The notes under the pieces: generated by a model | What the model was told of the DNA's origin: nothing | Seen by the model: the letters and a program-made list of their open reading frames with translations, nothing else | Databases searched by the model: none | Virus record (IMG/VR): IMGVR_UViG_3300009285_003221 | Source: a virus | Length of the DNA: 64,000 nt | Strand: one strand, 5' to 3' | Translations under genes and position numbers: made by a program | Shown: piece by piece, positions 36,147-44,018 of the stretch | Layout of the letters: every line of letters begins with the position of its first letter | Position numbering within the stretch: the first letter of the stretch is position 1

Positions 36147-36248
36147 GGTAAGTTGACTCACTGAACCAAGAATCTTCTTAGGGAAACCGAGGAAGAGTGT
36201 CAATACTCTTATCGTAAAGTAGAGTATTTACAAGTTTGTAAAAGTAGT

Positions 36249-36887
36249 TTAGAAATTTTTAAATGTCTGGCGACTCTTGCCAAAATCCTGGTTACTAATC
36301 TGCCAGCCCTGTTTTCGTTTTCGAGCGACTTCAAACATTCGCTCGGCAATAAAGGCTTCCTCTTCCGGTTCCAGGTTCTTCAGCCGGTAGAGGGTATCGA
36401 TAAAGAGGAGGGGGATCAGGGGGTAAGATTTGGGAGTATCCGACTGTCTAAACTCGATCGTTGTAAACCCATCGACCTCGCTTGTTTCAACATTGCCTAC
36501 ATCATCTGTGGTTACTAAATCTACCTTCCCGTACTTTTTAAACCAGAAGGGCGTCTTATCAATAGGAAATTCAATACTAAATTTGCGGGCCGGAAGCTCC
36601 TCGTACATGACGTTTCGCAAATTGTCTAGACATTTGTACAGATCAAACTGATACCCGCCGGGCATAAGAAAGTCATCACGGTGCGAGATTGAAAAATTTC
36701 CTGAGATATGACGCTTGAGGAGAATAGCATCATTGATAAAACTGGCGGCATGACCCGGCAAGAAGAGGGGCTTGGGCTCTAATGGCTCGATGAAAGTTAT
36801 ATTTAGATAATCCTTTTTGGAATCATCCTTACTAGAATCATTTTGGACTAAAGTTCCAAGGGCCGGGCCGAATAGACTCTCTGACAT
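36249..36887 (-). CDS. hypothetical head-module protein (212 aa)
   Basis: Co-oriented ORF directly downstream of the portal gene. No motif recognised. Confidence 0.55.
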   Translation of the reverse strand: MSESLFGPALGTLVQNDSSKDDSKKDYLNITFIEPLEPKPLFLPGHAASFINDAILLKRHISGNFSISHRDDFLMPGGYQFDLYKCLDNLRNVMYEELPARKFSIEFPIDKTPFWFKKYGKVDLVTTDDVGNVETSEVDGFTTIEFRQSDTPKSYPLIPLLFIDTLYRLKNLEPEEEAFIAERMFEVARKRKQGWQISNQDFGKSRQTFKNF

Positions 36888-36899
36888 TGAATACCCTCT

Positions 36900-39200
36900 T
36901 TAGATAATTTGAGCTTGTTGTAAGAACGGGATGAGAATAGAAGCATCGAGGCTGGCAAGATCAGATCTTCCATTTTCGGCCAAATATTGACGAATAGCAG
37001 TTAATTCTGCGGATTCTCTAGGCCCGCCCTCGGCCTCGCGTTCTCTACCGGCCTGAATCATCTTCTCCCTTTCGAGCTGTAGCTTTGCCTCCTCAAGTTG
37101 AAATTGCCGGTCAGCTTTAATTTGCTCCAGTTGCAGTCGTCGATCCGCCTGTTCCTGATTCATCTGGGCTTGAGCCTGGGCCAACTGAACTTTCTGTTGC
37201 TGCTCAGCCTGTTTTTGGTCAGCTTGGGCCTGTGCAGCTTGAGCTTGCTGATCGGCCTGCTGAGCTTGTTGCACCTGCGCTTGCTGATTAGCCTGGCCCT
37301 GCTGCTCTTGGCTCTGGGCGGCCATCTGACTCTGAACTTCAGCTTGCTGCATTTGCTGCTGCATCTGGGCAATTCCCATCTGAGCCTGCATCTTTTGGAG
37401 TTCCAAATTACCGATCATGACATCTGCCACGCGCTGAGCAGCTTGAACTAATTTATCCTTATCTTTAACGTCGAAATATCCGGCGATTATAGGCAGTAGC
37501 TGGCTTTGCGCCTCCGGCGGCAGTGACTGCATTAACTGAGTTAACATTGAGAGTTGGGTTTGGCGGTCTGTCGCCAACATATTCTGCTCATCAACAACTA
37601 GATCGAATAAATGCAATTTGTTTTCAAACCGCCAGTTATCAGTGATCCCCTCTTTCTCGGCAATCCGAATCTTCTTCTTGAGGGGCATGTATTGTTCAAC
37701 CAATGAGAGAAGCTGATAGCCTAGTTGTTTTCTAGCCCTTCTTAAATTGTCGAAGAAGCGGGCGATTACCGTCGTTCCCTGCTGTTGCTTCATGCCGATG
37801 GCCAACCCGGACTGGTACTGTCCGCCAAGACCGCGCATCTCGTCATTGGCCCCGGATAGCTGTCGGATCATGTTCTGGGACTCTTTCATCTGGTTAAAGT
37901 GGAGCTGGGAGGCGGCTGCCCGCTCAACCCGCTCCAGACGAGTCCCGATCGGCTCTTTGATCAGGGCGAATGGATTACCAAGATCTTTTTTAAGCTTGTC
38001 GATGCTCTCGTTGGTCGTCCCCCGCAGAATCCACTGATTGGCGATCAGTTCCAGAAGTGAGGAGGCTTTTCTCCGGTTGACTTCGCGCTGGGGGTCTCGC
38101 AAGGAGCGGATGGGACTTACCGGCTCTCCAGTGTGATACTTCTTGGACCAGATCACCACAAAGGGAAGTTGGCGGTGCCGAAAATCTACCGGCTCGTCCA
38201 GTAAGAAATTCTCATGGGTAAAGATGGCTCGCCGGATCTTGGAGATCCTCTTCTCGATAATCCTCACTTCGTCCGTCTGGAGCTTGGCAACAATCTCCTC
38301 ATCCGAGATCAGCGCCTCATCGATAACCGTCTGGTCGCCGTACTCATCCAGCAAGACGTAGCCGGGCTCCATTACCCGGTAGTAAAGTTCAATGACAGTA
38401 AGCTGTTTCCGAGTTGGCTTCTGCTGCTGGTTTAACTTTCCGAAGTCGTAGAAGTCTTTAAACTGGTCCCCGGCCCGCCGATGATGTTGATGGACGTTCT
38501 TGTACTCATCCCAGGCCGTCTCAGTCTCATGTTCCAGCTTCTCTTTAAACTCTGGGAAAGCCTCAACCAACTTCTGTACCGCCACCTTCTTATAGAACCC
38601 GGCGTATTCAGCATCGGTCAGATCGGGCTTCTTGTGATAGGGATCAACACAGAACTCGTCGGAAGAGATTACCTCGACCGAGATTGGTTCTCTTCCTGGT
38701 TCGTCCGTGATGGTCGTGTGCAGCACGCCAAAAGCGTAAGTAAGAGCAGAAAGAAAAGCTTGTGCGGTTTTAAACTCCAGGTCGTTCTGGTCGGCGACGT
38801 ACTTGATAAGGGCAGTTCGGGAGTTGGCGGCATCGACATCATTATCATTCCTCGGCAAGACTTTAATTTCTAAACGATTGCGCGACTCCATGCCGGTAAT
38901 GACTTCAATGGTCGGCTCAATCTCGTTAATCGTTACTGGAACCCGCTGCTGGGCCTCGAACTGTTGTTTTTCCTTATCCGTCCATTGCTTCCCCTCGTAG
39001 AAAGCCCGGTCAATCTCGGCCTCCTCCCGCCAAGGCTCGGTCTTCTCCAGATACTCTTTAAAGTAAGCAAGCAGCTTTTCGTGGAGCTTTTCTGTATCCT
39101 GGTGATCCTTGGCTTCAATCAGCTCGACCATCTCGGAACCGGAACCTATAGGACCGTCTGAAGTTCCCTCCAGATCGTTAATACGTAGTTCTTCTGTCAT
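36900..39200 (-). CDS. portal protein with long Gln-rich C-terminal extension
   Basis: 766 aa. Immediately follows terL (TAAATG). FYEGKQWTDKEKQQFEAQQRVPVTINEIEPTIEVITG is a portal-type motif. The C-terminus is QMQQQMQQAEVQSQ...QAQAQMNQEQ. Confidence 0.8.
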   Translation of the reverse strand: MTEELRINDLEGTSDGPIGSGSEMVELIEAKDHQDTEKLHEKLLAYFKEYLEKTEPWREEAEIDRAFYEGKQWTDKEKQQFEAQQRVPVTINEIEPTIEVITGMESRNRLEIKVLPRNDNDVDAANSRTALIKYVADQNDLEFKTAQAFLSALTYAFGVLHTTITDEPGREPISVEVISSDEFCVDPYHKKPDLTDAEYAGFYKKVAVQKLVEAFPEFKEKLEHETETAWDEYKNVHQHHRRAGDQFKDFYDFGKLNQQQKPTRKQLTVIELYYRVMEPGYVLLDEYGDQTVIDEALISDEEIVAKLQTDEVRIIEKRISKIRRAIFTHENFLLDEPVDFRHRQLPFVVIWSKKYHTGEPVSPIRSLRDPQREVNRRKASSLLELIANQWILRGTTNESIDKLKKDLGNPFALIKEPIGTRLERVERAAASQLHFNQMKESQNMIRQLSGANDEMRGLGGQYQSGLAIGMKQQQGTTVIARFFDNLRRARKQLGYQLLSLVEQYMPLKKKIRIAEKEGITDNWRFENKLHLFDLVVDEQNMLATDRQTQLSMLTQLMQSLPPEAQSQLLPIIAGYFDVKDKDKLVQAAQRVADVMIGNLELQKMQAQMGIAQMQQQMQQAEVQSQMAAQSQEQQGQANQQAQVQQAQQADQQAQAAQAQADQKQAEQQQKVQLAQAQAQMNQEQADRRLQLEQIKADRQFQLEEAKLQLEREKMIQAGREREAEGGPRESAELTAIRQYLAENGRSDLASLDASILIPFLQQAQII

Positions 39201-40694
39201 TTAAAAGCCTGCTGCCCATCCAGTATCGCCATCCGGCATCCGATCATTCTTCTTTCGCAGCCAGCGATCCTCTTTCGGATTAATTCGAGTTGTTAATGGT
39301 CTGCTCATTAACAGATATTTGGCGCAGTCAAAGCTATGGTCCGAGACATTACGATCATTCAGGATATCTTCTGGATTCTTCGGGTCGGATTCCAAAGCTA
39401 AAAAAGTAGCCTGAGTAAGTGGGGTCTCCTCCTCGATAAAAATTAAGTAGGGATAGTCTTGAATATTGCCGTCTTTGTCTACCTCGTAATGGAGACGGCG
39501 ATGGACTTCCCTAATTCCATTGATCCGATTGTTATCACCCGGAATAAAAAACAAACCCTCTTTGGCAAAAAGTTCTATTCCCGTCGGTCCCTGAATGGGG
39601 GAACCCCAGGGGTCTAATTGAGCACGATCTCCCCGCATCTTGGCCCGTTCCGCAGGATCAATCACCCGGTAATGGATCATCTCATCTTTTTCTTTGGCTT
39701 TGACTTCCGCCGCTGCCTCTTCATAAGTCAGGCGGAGCCCATCATTAAAATTGATCCGACCTTGGGCATCTCGTGCACAGCCCCCGTACTCCCGGTAAAT
39801 GTAGAGCCGACCTTTGGTATCGGCGGCAGCCCACAGAAACCAGAAGGGGACGGCGTAGCCCCAGTCGCAGCCCATCATCCGAACCCAATTTTTGGGAATC
39901 CCGTTCTGCTCTTCTTCCTTGATCCCGTTCCGTTCGTAGAACTCTTCCCAACTCCAGATGTGGATTCCTTTTTTCAGGTCGAAGACTTCTCCGGACCAGA
40001 CGTTCCAATCCCCCTCAACAAGGGCTTTAAAGCGTTTTTCTGGAAGATAGGCTAGCCGCTTACGATAATCGGCATCAATATGTGGGTTATCGCCCATGCG
40101 AGCCGGGATAAAGATTCGATCTCTGCCCGTCCGTCTGTCAATGATTCTAGTTCTGGGAGGGGCCGGGTCTATGAAATACTGTTTAATACTCATGTAGGCT
40201 CTGCCTTCGGGGTTGCAGGTGGCTCTTACATAGAGCTTCATTCCCTTGTGCTTGCCGCCATAACGAACACGAGTCTTGATAAACTCATAAACATCCCAAT
40301 CGAAGTCCCCAAGCTCATCCACGGCCAAAAAGGCGATTTCTCTCCCCCGCCAACGAAGAGCGTCTTCCATGTTCTCCGCATAAGAAAAAGTAATTGTAGC
40401 CCCGGAAGGGAAGGTAAACATCCGCTCTGATTTATTAAATTTAGTGCCGGGGTAAGCAACTGGATAAATTGATTGGGCTGTGACTAGGAGATCCTTAAGT
40501 TCACCGTAGCTCCGACGAAAGATGACGGCTCGGTAATCGCTGAAATGAACCTGACCCATAGCATCAAAACAAAGACTCCAACTTTTTCCAGACGCAAGAG
40601 CCCCGCCGTATAAACACTCGAACGCGTCGCACTGGGCGAACTCTAGTTGCGGACCTGGAGAAGGAGCAATGATTTCTTGTTGAACAGTTGTCAC
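39201..40694 (-). CDS. terL: terminase large subunit
   Basis: 497 aa. Walker A GGALASGKS, Walker B-like IAFLAVDELGD, C-terminal nuclease-like region. GTG start in a GTGA overlap with the upstream gene. Confidence 0.9.
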   Translation of the reverse strand: MTTVQQEIIAPSPGPQLEFAQCDAFECLYGGALASGKSWSLCFDAMGQVHFSDYRAVIFRRSYGELKDLLVTAQSIYPVAYPGTKFNKSERMFTFPSGATITFSYAENMEDALRWRGREIAFLAVDELGDFDWDVYEFIKTRVRYGGKHKGMKLYVRATCNPEGRAYMSIKQYFIDPAPPRTRIIDRRTGRDRIFIPARMGDNPHIDADYRKRLAYLPEKRFKALVEGDWNVWSGEVFDLKKGIHIWSWEEFYERNGIKEEEQNGIPKNWVRMMGCDWGYAVPFWFLWAAADTKGRLYIYREYGGCARDAQGRINFNDGLRLTYEEAAAEVKAKEKDEMIHYRVIDPAERAKMRGDRAQLDPWGSPIQGPTGIELFAKEGLFFIPGDNNRINGIREVHRRLHYEVDKDGNIQDYPYLIFIEEETPLTQATFLALESDPKNPEDILNDRNVSDHSFDCAKYLLMSRPLTTRINPKEDRWLRKKNDRMPDGDTGWAAGF

Positions 40695-41248
40695 TTCTTA
40701 TCCTCTGATTCTTCCGTTCCCACGAATAGCTCACGGTACTTGTCAGAGACGGCTTTCGGCGGAACAAAAACCACAGTATTCAGGGCTCTTGGGTCATCTT
40801 TCTCATTGGCCTTCATAATCGTATTGAGGATCTTGTCCTGCATCCCGGTTGTTTGATTGATCAATTCCATCAGACCGAAAGCTTCCTGATACTCTTCCCG
40901 GATCATGTGTTTCTCCACTTTGACCCAGGCGTCGTCTAGAAAGGCTTGATAGGAGCGTACCTGCTCCTCAGAAAGGGTTTTTGGATCAACAAGAATCTCA
41001 GAGCGGTTGCGGATTTTTTGGCGGTAGGAGGAGGAGTAGAAACCGTGTTTCAAGTTATTGAGGGAGCCGGGGGGAGGTCCGAACGACTTGCCGCCGTGTT
41101 CATTACAATTATTTTTCTTAGTAGAGGCTTTGGGACACTGTTCCCCGTTGGTATTTTTTACGGCTGCTTGACAGCGAGGAGTGCTACCGTCTTCTAGATA
41201 GGGCTCATAATGGTCTTTTGGAAATTTATTCACTTTAAAAGTTGCCAA
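40691..41248 (-). CDS. putative terminase small subunit (HGGKS / KHGFYS motif protein)
   Basis: 185 aa, TTG start after AGGAGG. CQAAVKNTNGEQCPKAS...CNEHGGKSFGPPPGSLNNLKHGFYS. Lies directly upstream of terL. Confidence 0.5.
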   Translation of the reverse strand: MATFKVNKFPKDHYEPYLEDGSTPRCQAAVKNTNGEQCPKASTKKNNCNEHGGKSFGPPPGSLNNLKHGFYSSSYRQKIRNRSEILVDPKTLSEEQVRSYQAFLDDAWVKVEKHMIREEYQEAFGLMELINQTTGMQDKILNTIMKANEKDDPRALNTVVFVPPKAVSDKYRELFVGTEESEDKK

Positions 41249-41335
41249 AATTGATGATCCCTCCTACCCTAATGTTAGTCTGGACAAAGTACAAGTTCTC
41301 AACCATACTGAGAGAGGTAGAAGGAGAACAGCGCT

Positions 41336-41677
41336 ATGCAAAATTGGTTTGAAGGTCTAATTTTGGCCTTCTCAATGGCAGCGAACCACCAGGCTTTTCA
41401 ACCGGAACAATCAACACTTTTTAAAAATCAAGACTATCCCAAAAAACATGAACTGTATGTCATGGCCAAGATTGATCAGAACCAACACTATGGAGTCCAG
41501 TATCGATACGCTATAACACCGCAAGTACAGGTGAGGTTGGGAATGCCAGACGTTCAGATCGGGGAGATGATGACGGGCGTGAGAGTTTCTGGATCTATCT
41601 TTGCGACAGAGTTAGATTTTAGGTTTGATTATAAAGGACTTAAAAGCGGCTCTGGGATGTTGGGAGTTAAGTTCTAA
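41336..41677 (+). CDS. hypothetical small secreted/beta-rich protein; moron-like opposite-strand insert
   Basis: 113 aa, AAGGAGAA SD. Hydrophobic N-terminus LILAFSMAANH, alternating beta-like pattern, C-terminal GVKF. Upstream TGGACA-N17-CATACT. Confidence 0.5.
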   Translation: MQNWFEGLILAFSMAANHQAFQPEQSTLFKNQDYPKKHELYVMAKIDQNQHYGVQYRYAITPQVQVRLGMPDVQIGEMMTGVRVSGSIFATELDFRFDYKGLKSGSGMLGVKF

Positions 41678-41741
41678 TACCTGACAACAAAGAGATGAAT
41701 TAGCCCCCACGTTAGTACCCCTAAAGAAACTACTACAGCAA

Positions 41742-42176
41742 CTAATCCTTCAAAAGGGATGGTGATTTCCAAAGTTCCAGCTCCCACCAATTTGAATAAA
41801 CCTGCAAAATAGCAGCCTTATGTTCAAGACCGGCGGAAACCAGTCGAATAATTTCTCGTAAATTGAGAATCGTCTCTCGTTTTTGAGGGTCAGAAAGTTG
41901 GGAGACGATCCGTTTAAACCGCTTATGTTTGGAACTCCCTTGTTGGACCCGGTGGACTTTCTGAAAGCTGATGTCTGGGTGTTCGATCATGTGGACAATC
42001 AGATGGTCGATCCAGCAGAGCCAGAGGAGATTCCACTCATGCTCCTTCCCCCCGAAAGAGCGCGGAATGGCGTGGTGGACTGTGAGAGATTTTGTACTTC
42101 CGCAGATCCAGCAGCAATACCCTTCCAACGACAATAGATCCTCCCTACTTCTAACTCTACTCCTTTTGAAGTTCAC
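41742..42176 (-). CDS. HNH endonuclease
   Basis: 144 aa. CCWICGSTKSLTVHHAIPRSFGGKEHEWNLLWLC...DH. Adjacent to the terminase genes. Confidence 0.8.
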   Translation of the reverse strand: MNFKRSRVRSREDLLSLEGYCCWICGSTKSLTVHHAIPRSFGGKEHEWNLLWLCWIDHLIVHMIEHPDISFQKVHRVQQGSSKHKRFKRIVSQLSDPQKRETILNLREIIRLVSAGLEHKAAILQVYSNWWELELWKSPSLLKD

Positions 42177-42193
42177 GTTTCAAGGGGTATACT
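42166..42193 (+). promoter_or_regulatory. sigma70-like promoter TTGAAG-N16-TATACT for the 42216 gene
   Basis: TTGAAG 42166-42171, TATACT 42188-42193. AGGAGG SD follows. Confidence 0.5.
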
Positions 42194-42215
42194 AAAAGTA
42201 GGAGGAGTCGCAAAG

Positions 42216-42548
42216 ATGACTACCAAAACTATTGAAAAAGCACCAGTACTTTATATCGTTAATTGCGATTGCGGCTCTCTTTTAATTACGGACGATATTA
42301 CTAGCACAACGACTTTTAAACACACCTCCCAAGCTAAGAGAGGTAAAGGAGCCAAGAAAGTAGATCACTGCCTCAAGATAGCCGGAGAGATCGCCATCAA
42401 GACTCCTGCCGATGAGGCGGGGCTTGTCGGCCACATTTTTGAAATTCTAAATGCACAATCAGGGGTTATTAAAGTTAAAATAGTCGGAAATCTTCTCTCA
42501 GATCGTTGGAAAAATTACCTAAACGAAGAAGGAAATCGGTCACTTTAG
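42216..42548 (+). CDS. hypothetical protein (110 aa)
   Basis: ATG 8 nt after AGGAGG. First plus-strand gene of the right arm. Confidence 0.6.
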   Translation: MTTKTIEKAPVLYIVNCDCGSLLITDDITSTTTFKHTSQAKRGKGAKKVDHCLKIAGEIAIKTPADEAGLVGHIFEILNAQSGVIKVKIVGNLLSDRWKNYLNEEGNRSL

Positions 42549-42857
42549 GCAATTTTTCGTCCTCCGTGAACATTTTTCGACTATTTATGCTATCATAAAA
42601 ATGAGGGGTCCGTTGTCTTGGGAAGTGATCAACCCCGCTGACCTCTCTCGGGACACTTACGGGCCTGGCCCAGGGGTAGTCGTTAGGATTGCCGGTGTCC
42701 AGAATGTGTTGGTCAAAACCCCCCGCTAGGCACAGGCGGATTGGCCGGGTGGCGTAAAACCTACTCAAGGGGCGAAGCGAGACTTATCTCGTGATGAGCC
42801 AGGGGTTTAAATCAATACAGAACTCGCCAAGGCTATGCGCGAAAGCGTACCCTCAAA
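42549..42857 (+). ncRNA. GC-rich, helix-rich untranslated segment (candidate ncRNA or unusually long 3' UTR); class unknown
   Basis: No ORF over 20 codons on the plus strand. Local helices include GCGAGA-CTTA-TCTCGT (42777-42792) and the GAAA tetraloop hairpin TGCGC-GAAA-GCGTA (42836-42849). Ends in tandem terminators. Confidence 0.3.
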
Positions 42858-42895
42858 GAGGCGGGTCTTTGCGAAGAGGCCGCCCTCCGTCTTTT
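42858..42895 (+). terminator. intrinsic terminator candidate (imperfect long helix plus CTTTT)
   Basis: GAGGCGGGTCTT-TGCG-AAGAGGCCGCCCTC (42858-42887), followed by CGTCTTTTG. Confidence 0.45.
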
Positions 42896-42903
42896 GATAA
42901 GCG

Positions 42904-42920
42904 GGCCGGGGCGGCCTTTT
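42904..42920 (+). terminator. second, short GC hairpin terminator
   Basis: GGCCG-GGG-CGGCC followed by TTTT (42917-42920). Confidence 0.4.
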
Positions 42921-42950
42921 CAGTCGTCAATAATTTGTGTACAACTGGGT

Positions 42951-42994
42951 TTGAAAAAGATATTGAAGTTTAGTATTTTCTGTAGTAGTATAAT
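42951..42994 (+). promoter_or_regulatory. AT-rich promoter region (TTGAAA-N17-TATTTT; consensus TATAAT at 42989-42994)
   Basis: TTGAAA 42951-42956, TATTTT 42974-42979. Direct repeat TAGTAGTAT at 42983-42991 and 42994-43002. Confidence 0.35.
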
Positions 42995-43097
42995 AGTAGT
43001 ATCGAGCCGGAGGTCTTAACCTTTCTACTCCGGTTCGATCAATAAGCGCCCCACACGGGCGGCTGGTAATTGGCTCCCTCATATCGGGGAGCCTTTT
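42995..43097 (+). ncRNA. candidate ~100-nt small RNA (three hairpins, the last being a terminator)
   Basis: Hairpin 1 is GAGCCGGAG/CTCCGGTTC (43004-43012 / 43028-43036; 9 bp with one G-U). Hairpin 2 is CGCCC-CACAC-GGGCG (43047-43061). The terminator is at 43072-43097. No ORF. Confidence 0.3.
43072..43097 (+). terminator. intrinsic terminator
   Basis: GGCTCCC-tcatatcg-GGGAGCC followed by TTTTGCTTT. Confidence 0.6.
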
Positions 43098-43116
43098 GCT
43101 TTCTACCAGAAAATAG

Positions 43117-43145
43117 TTGCATTTGAAAAAGTTTAAGCCTACAAT
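43117..43145 (+). promoter_or_regulatory. strong sigma70-like promoter TTGCAT-N17-TACAAT
   Basis: TTGCAT 43117-43122, 17-nt spacer, TACAAT 43140-43145. Confidence 0.6.
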
Positions 43146-43196
43146 GTTAATCAGGGGGATGAATGGTTCGACAACCTCCAAGCCGGAAGGTCGGGG

Positions 43197-43233
43197 TTGG
43201 ACCTGGGATCGTGACCCAGATCCTCCATTTTTT
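43197..43233 (+). terminator. terminator/attenuator between the promoter and the first early gene
   Basis: TGGA+CCTGGG ... CCCAG(atcc)TCCA helix followed by TTTTTT (43228-43233), ~50-80 nt downstream of the predicted start site. Confidence 0.45.
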
Positions 43234-43250
43234 AGTTACTGGAGGGAGCC

Positions 43251-43472
43251 GTGATCAAGATCAGTACTCTACTATTTGACTGCGGAATGCAGGTTGGTAT
43301 TGGCTTCAAGAACGAAGAAGATTCCTCCCGCTGTGCAATGATCTTTAGAACGCCGGAAGCGGCAGAACTTTTTCAGGCCGAATTTAACCAACAAATGGAT
43401 CAAATTATTGCTGAATGCCGAGAAGAGATCAGATTGGGAAAGTTGAAATTCCCACCCAGGGAGGAGCAGTAG
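43251..43472 (+). CDS. hypothetical protein (73 aa)
   Basis: GTG start after GGAGGGAG. Confidence 0.55.
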   Translation: MIKISTLLFDCGMQVGIGFKNEEDSSRCAMIFRTPEAAELFQAEFNQQMDQIIAECREEIRLGKLKFPPREEQ

Positions 43473-43772
43473 ATGCTGGAACTGAAGACGGCCATCAAAC
43501 AGAATCCAGGGTTTCTATCTATTGAAATTTATCTGGAAGAGAAATTAGCCGGTTCCAGATATAGCACTAAGAAAGTGCTTGATCTTTCGTTCTCAGATGC
43601 AATCCTATTAGGTTCTGAGCTAATCAACAAGGCATCGATGTTCTCTGATAAGATCTCCCCCCTCTTTCCTAAAGACGAGTCTCAGGAAGCGGAAGCGGAG
43701 ATCATTGAAGAAATTGAAGAACCAGTTGGTATTTTTCAAAAATTCAAAAATTGGGTAAGGGAGACGCTGTGA
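43473..43772 (+). CDS. hypothetical protein (99 aa), acidic C-terminus
   Basis: The ATG abuts the upstream stop. GGAGGAG SD. Confidence 0.6.
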   Translation: MLELKTAIKQNPGFLSIEIYLEEKLAGSRYSTKKVLDLSFSDAILLGSELINKASMFSDKISPLFPKDESQEAEAEIIEEIEEPVGIFQKFKNWVRETL

Positions 43773-43963
43773 TGGGCTATAAACTAAGAGAAGAGGTAGA
43801 AAAAATTATCGACGAGGCGTTCTCCTTCTATACCCCGGAACAGATTCGATCAGAAGGGGGAGGCCCTTCTCCAGGCGGTATTCCACAGAATATTTATCAA
43901 GAAATAGCCGATGAGCTGGAAGCCAAGCAACTACCCTATAAAATTTTCCGGGTAGACGATTGA
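43772..43963 (+). CDS. hypothetical protein (63 aa)
   Basis: ATG in a TGATG overlap, AGGGAG SD. The track start 43751 (TTG) is probably too early. Confidence 0.55.
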   Translation: MGYKLREEVEKIIDEAFSFYTPEQIRSEGGGPSPGGIPQNIYQEIADELEAKQLPYKIFRVDD

Positions 43964-43986
43964 CATTATGTACCGCAATACATAAT
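43960..43986 (+). promoter_or_regulatory. promoter candidate TTGACA-N15-CATAAT with an 8-bp inverted repeat in the spacer
   Basis: TTGACA 43960-43965, CATAAT 43981-43986. Inverted repeat ATTATGTA-ccgcaa-TACATAAT. Confidence 0.4.
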
Positions 43987-44018
43987 AAAATTATGAACAC
44001 CGAAAGGAATCGTCAACT

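Larger units (their letters stand above)
34780..36248 (+). mobile_element. TnpB-only IS200/IS605-family (IS1341-like) element inserted between the scaffold gene and the portal-proximal gene; ends not mapped
   Basis: Lone plus-strand gene within 40 kb of minus-strand genes. Has 238-nt 5' and 102-nt 3' non-coding flanks. The 3' flank has hairpins AAGAGTgtcaatACTCTT and TTTACAAgtTTGTAAA, consistent with an omega-RNA/right-end region. Confidence 0.6.

Noticed and set aside
37098-37451. 117-aa Leu-rich plus-strand ORF
   Set aside because: It is the antisense reading of the CAG/CAA-rich (Gln) portal C-terminus.
42600-42925. tmRNA (5' GGGG, possible ARHRRIGRVA tag ORF) or hammerhead ribozyme (GUGAUGAG ... 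CGAAAG)
   Set aside because: There is no tRNA-like 3' domain or acceptor complement, and the tag is atypical. The hammerhead core has G instead of C in CUGAUGA, and the stem II/III geometry does not fit.
42475-42973. Track ORFs 42475..42768 (-) and 42791..42973 (+)
   Set aside because: The first overlaps the 3' end of the 110-aa gene on the opposite strand, and the second spans two terminators. Both lie in the structured non-coding region and lack an SD.
43032-43171. tRNA genes suggested by GGTTCGA T-loop-like strings at 43032-43038 and 43165-43171
   Set aside because: The flanking bases cannot form a 5-bp T-stem, and no acceptor, D or anticodon arms could be built.
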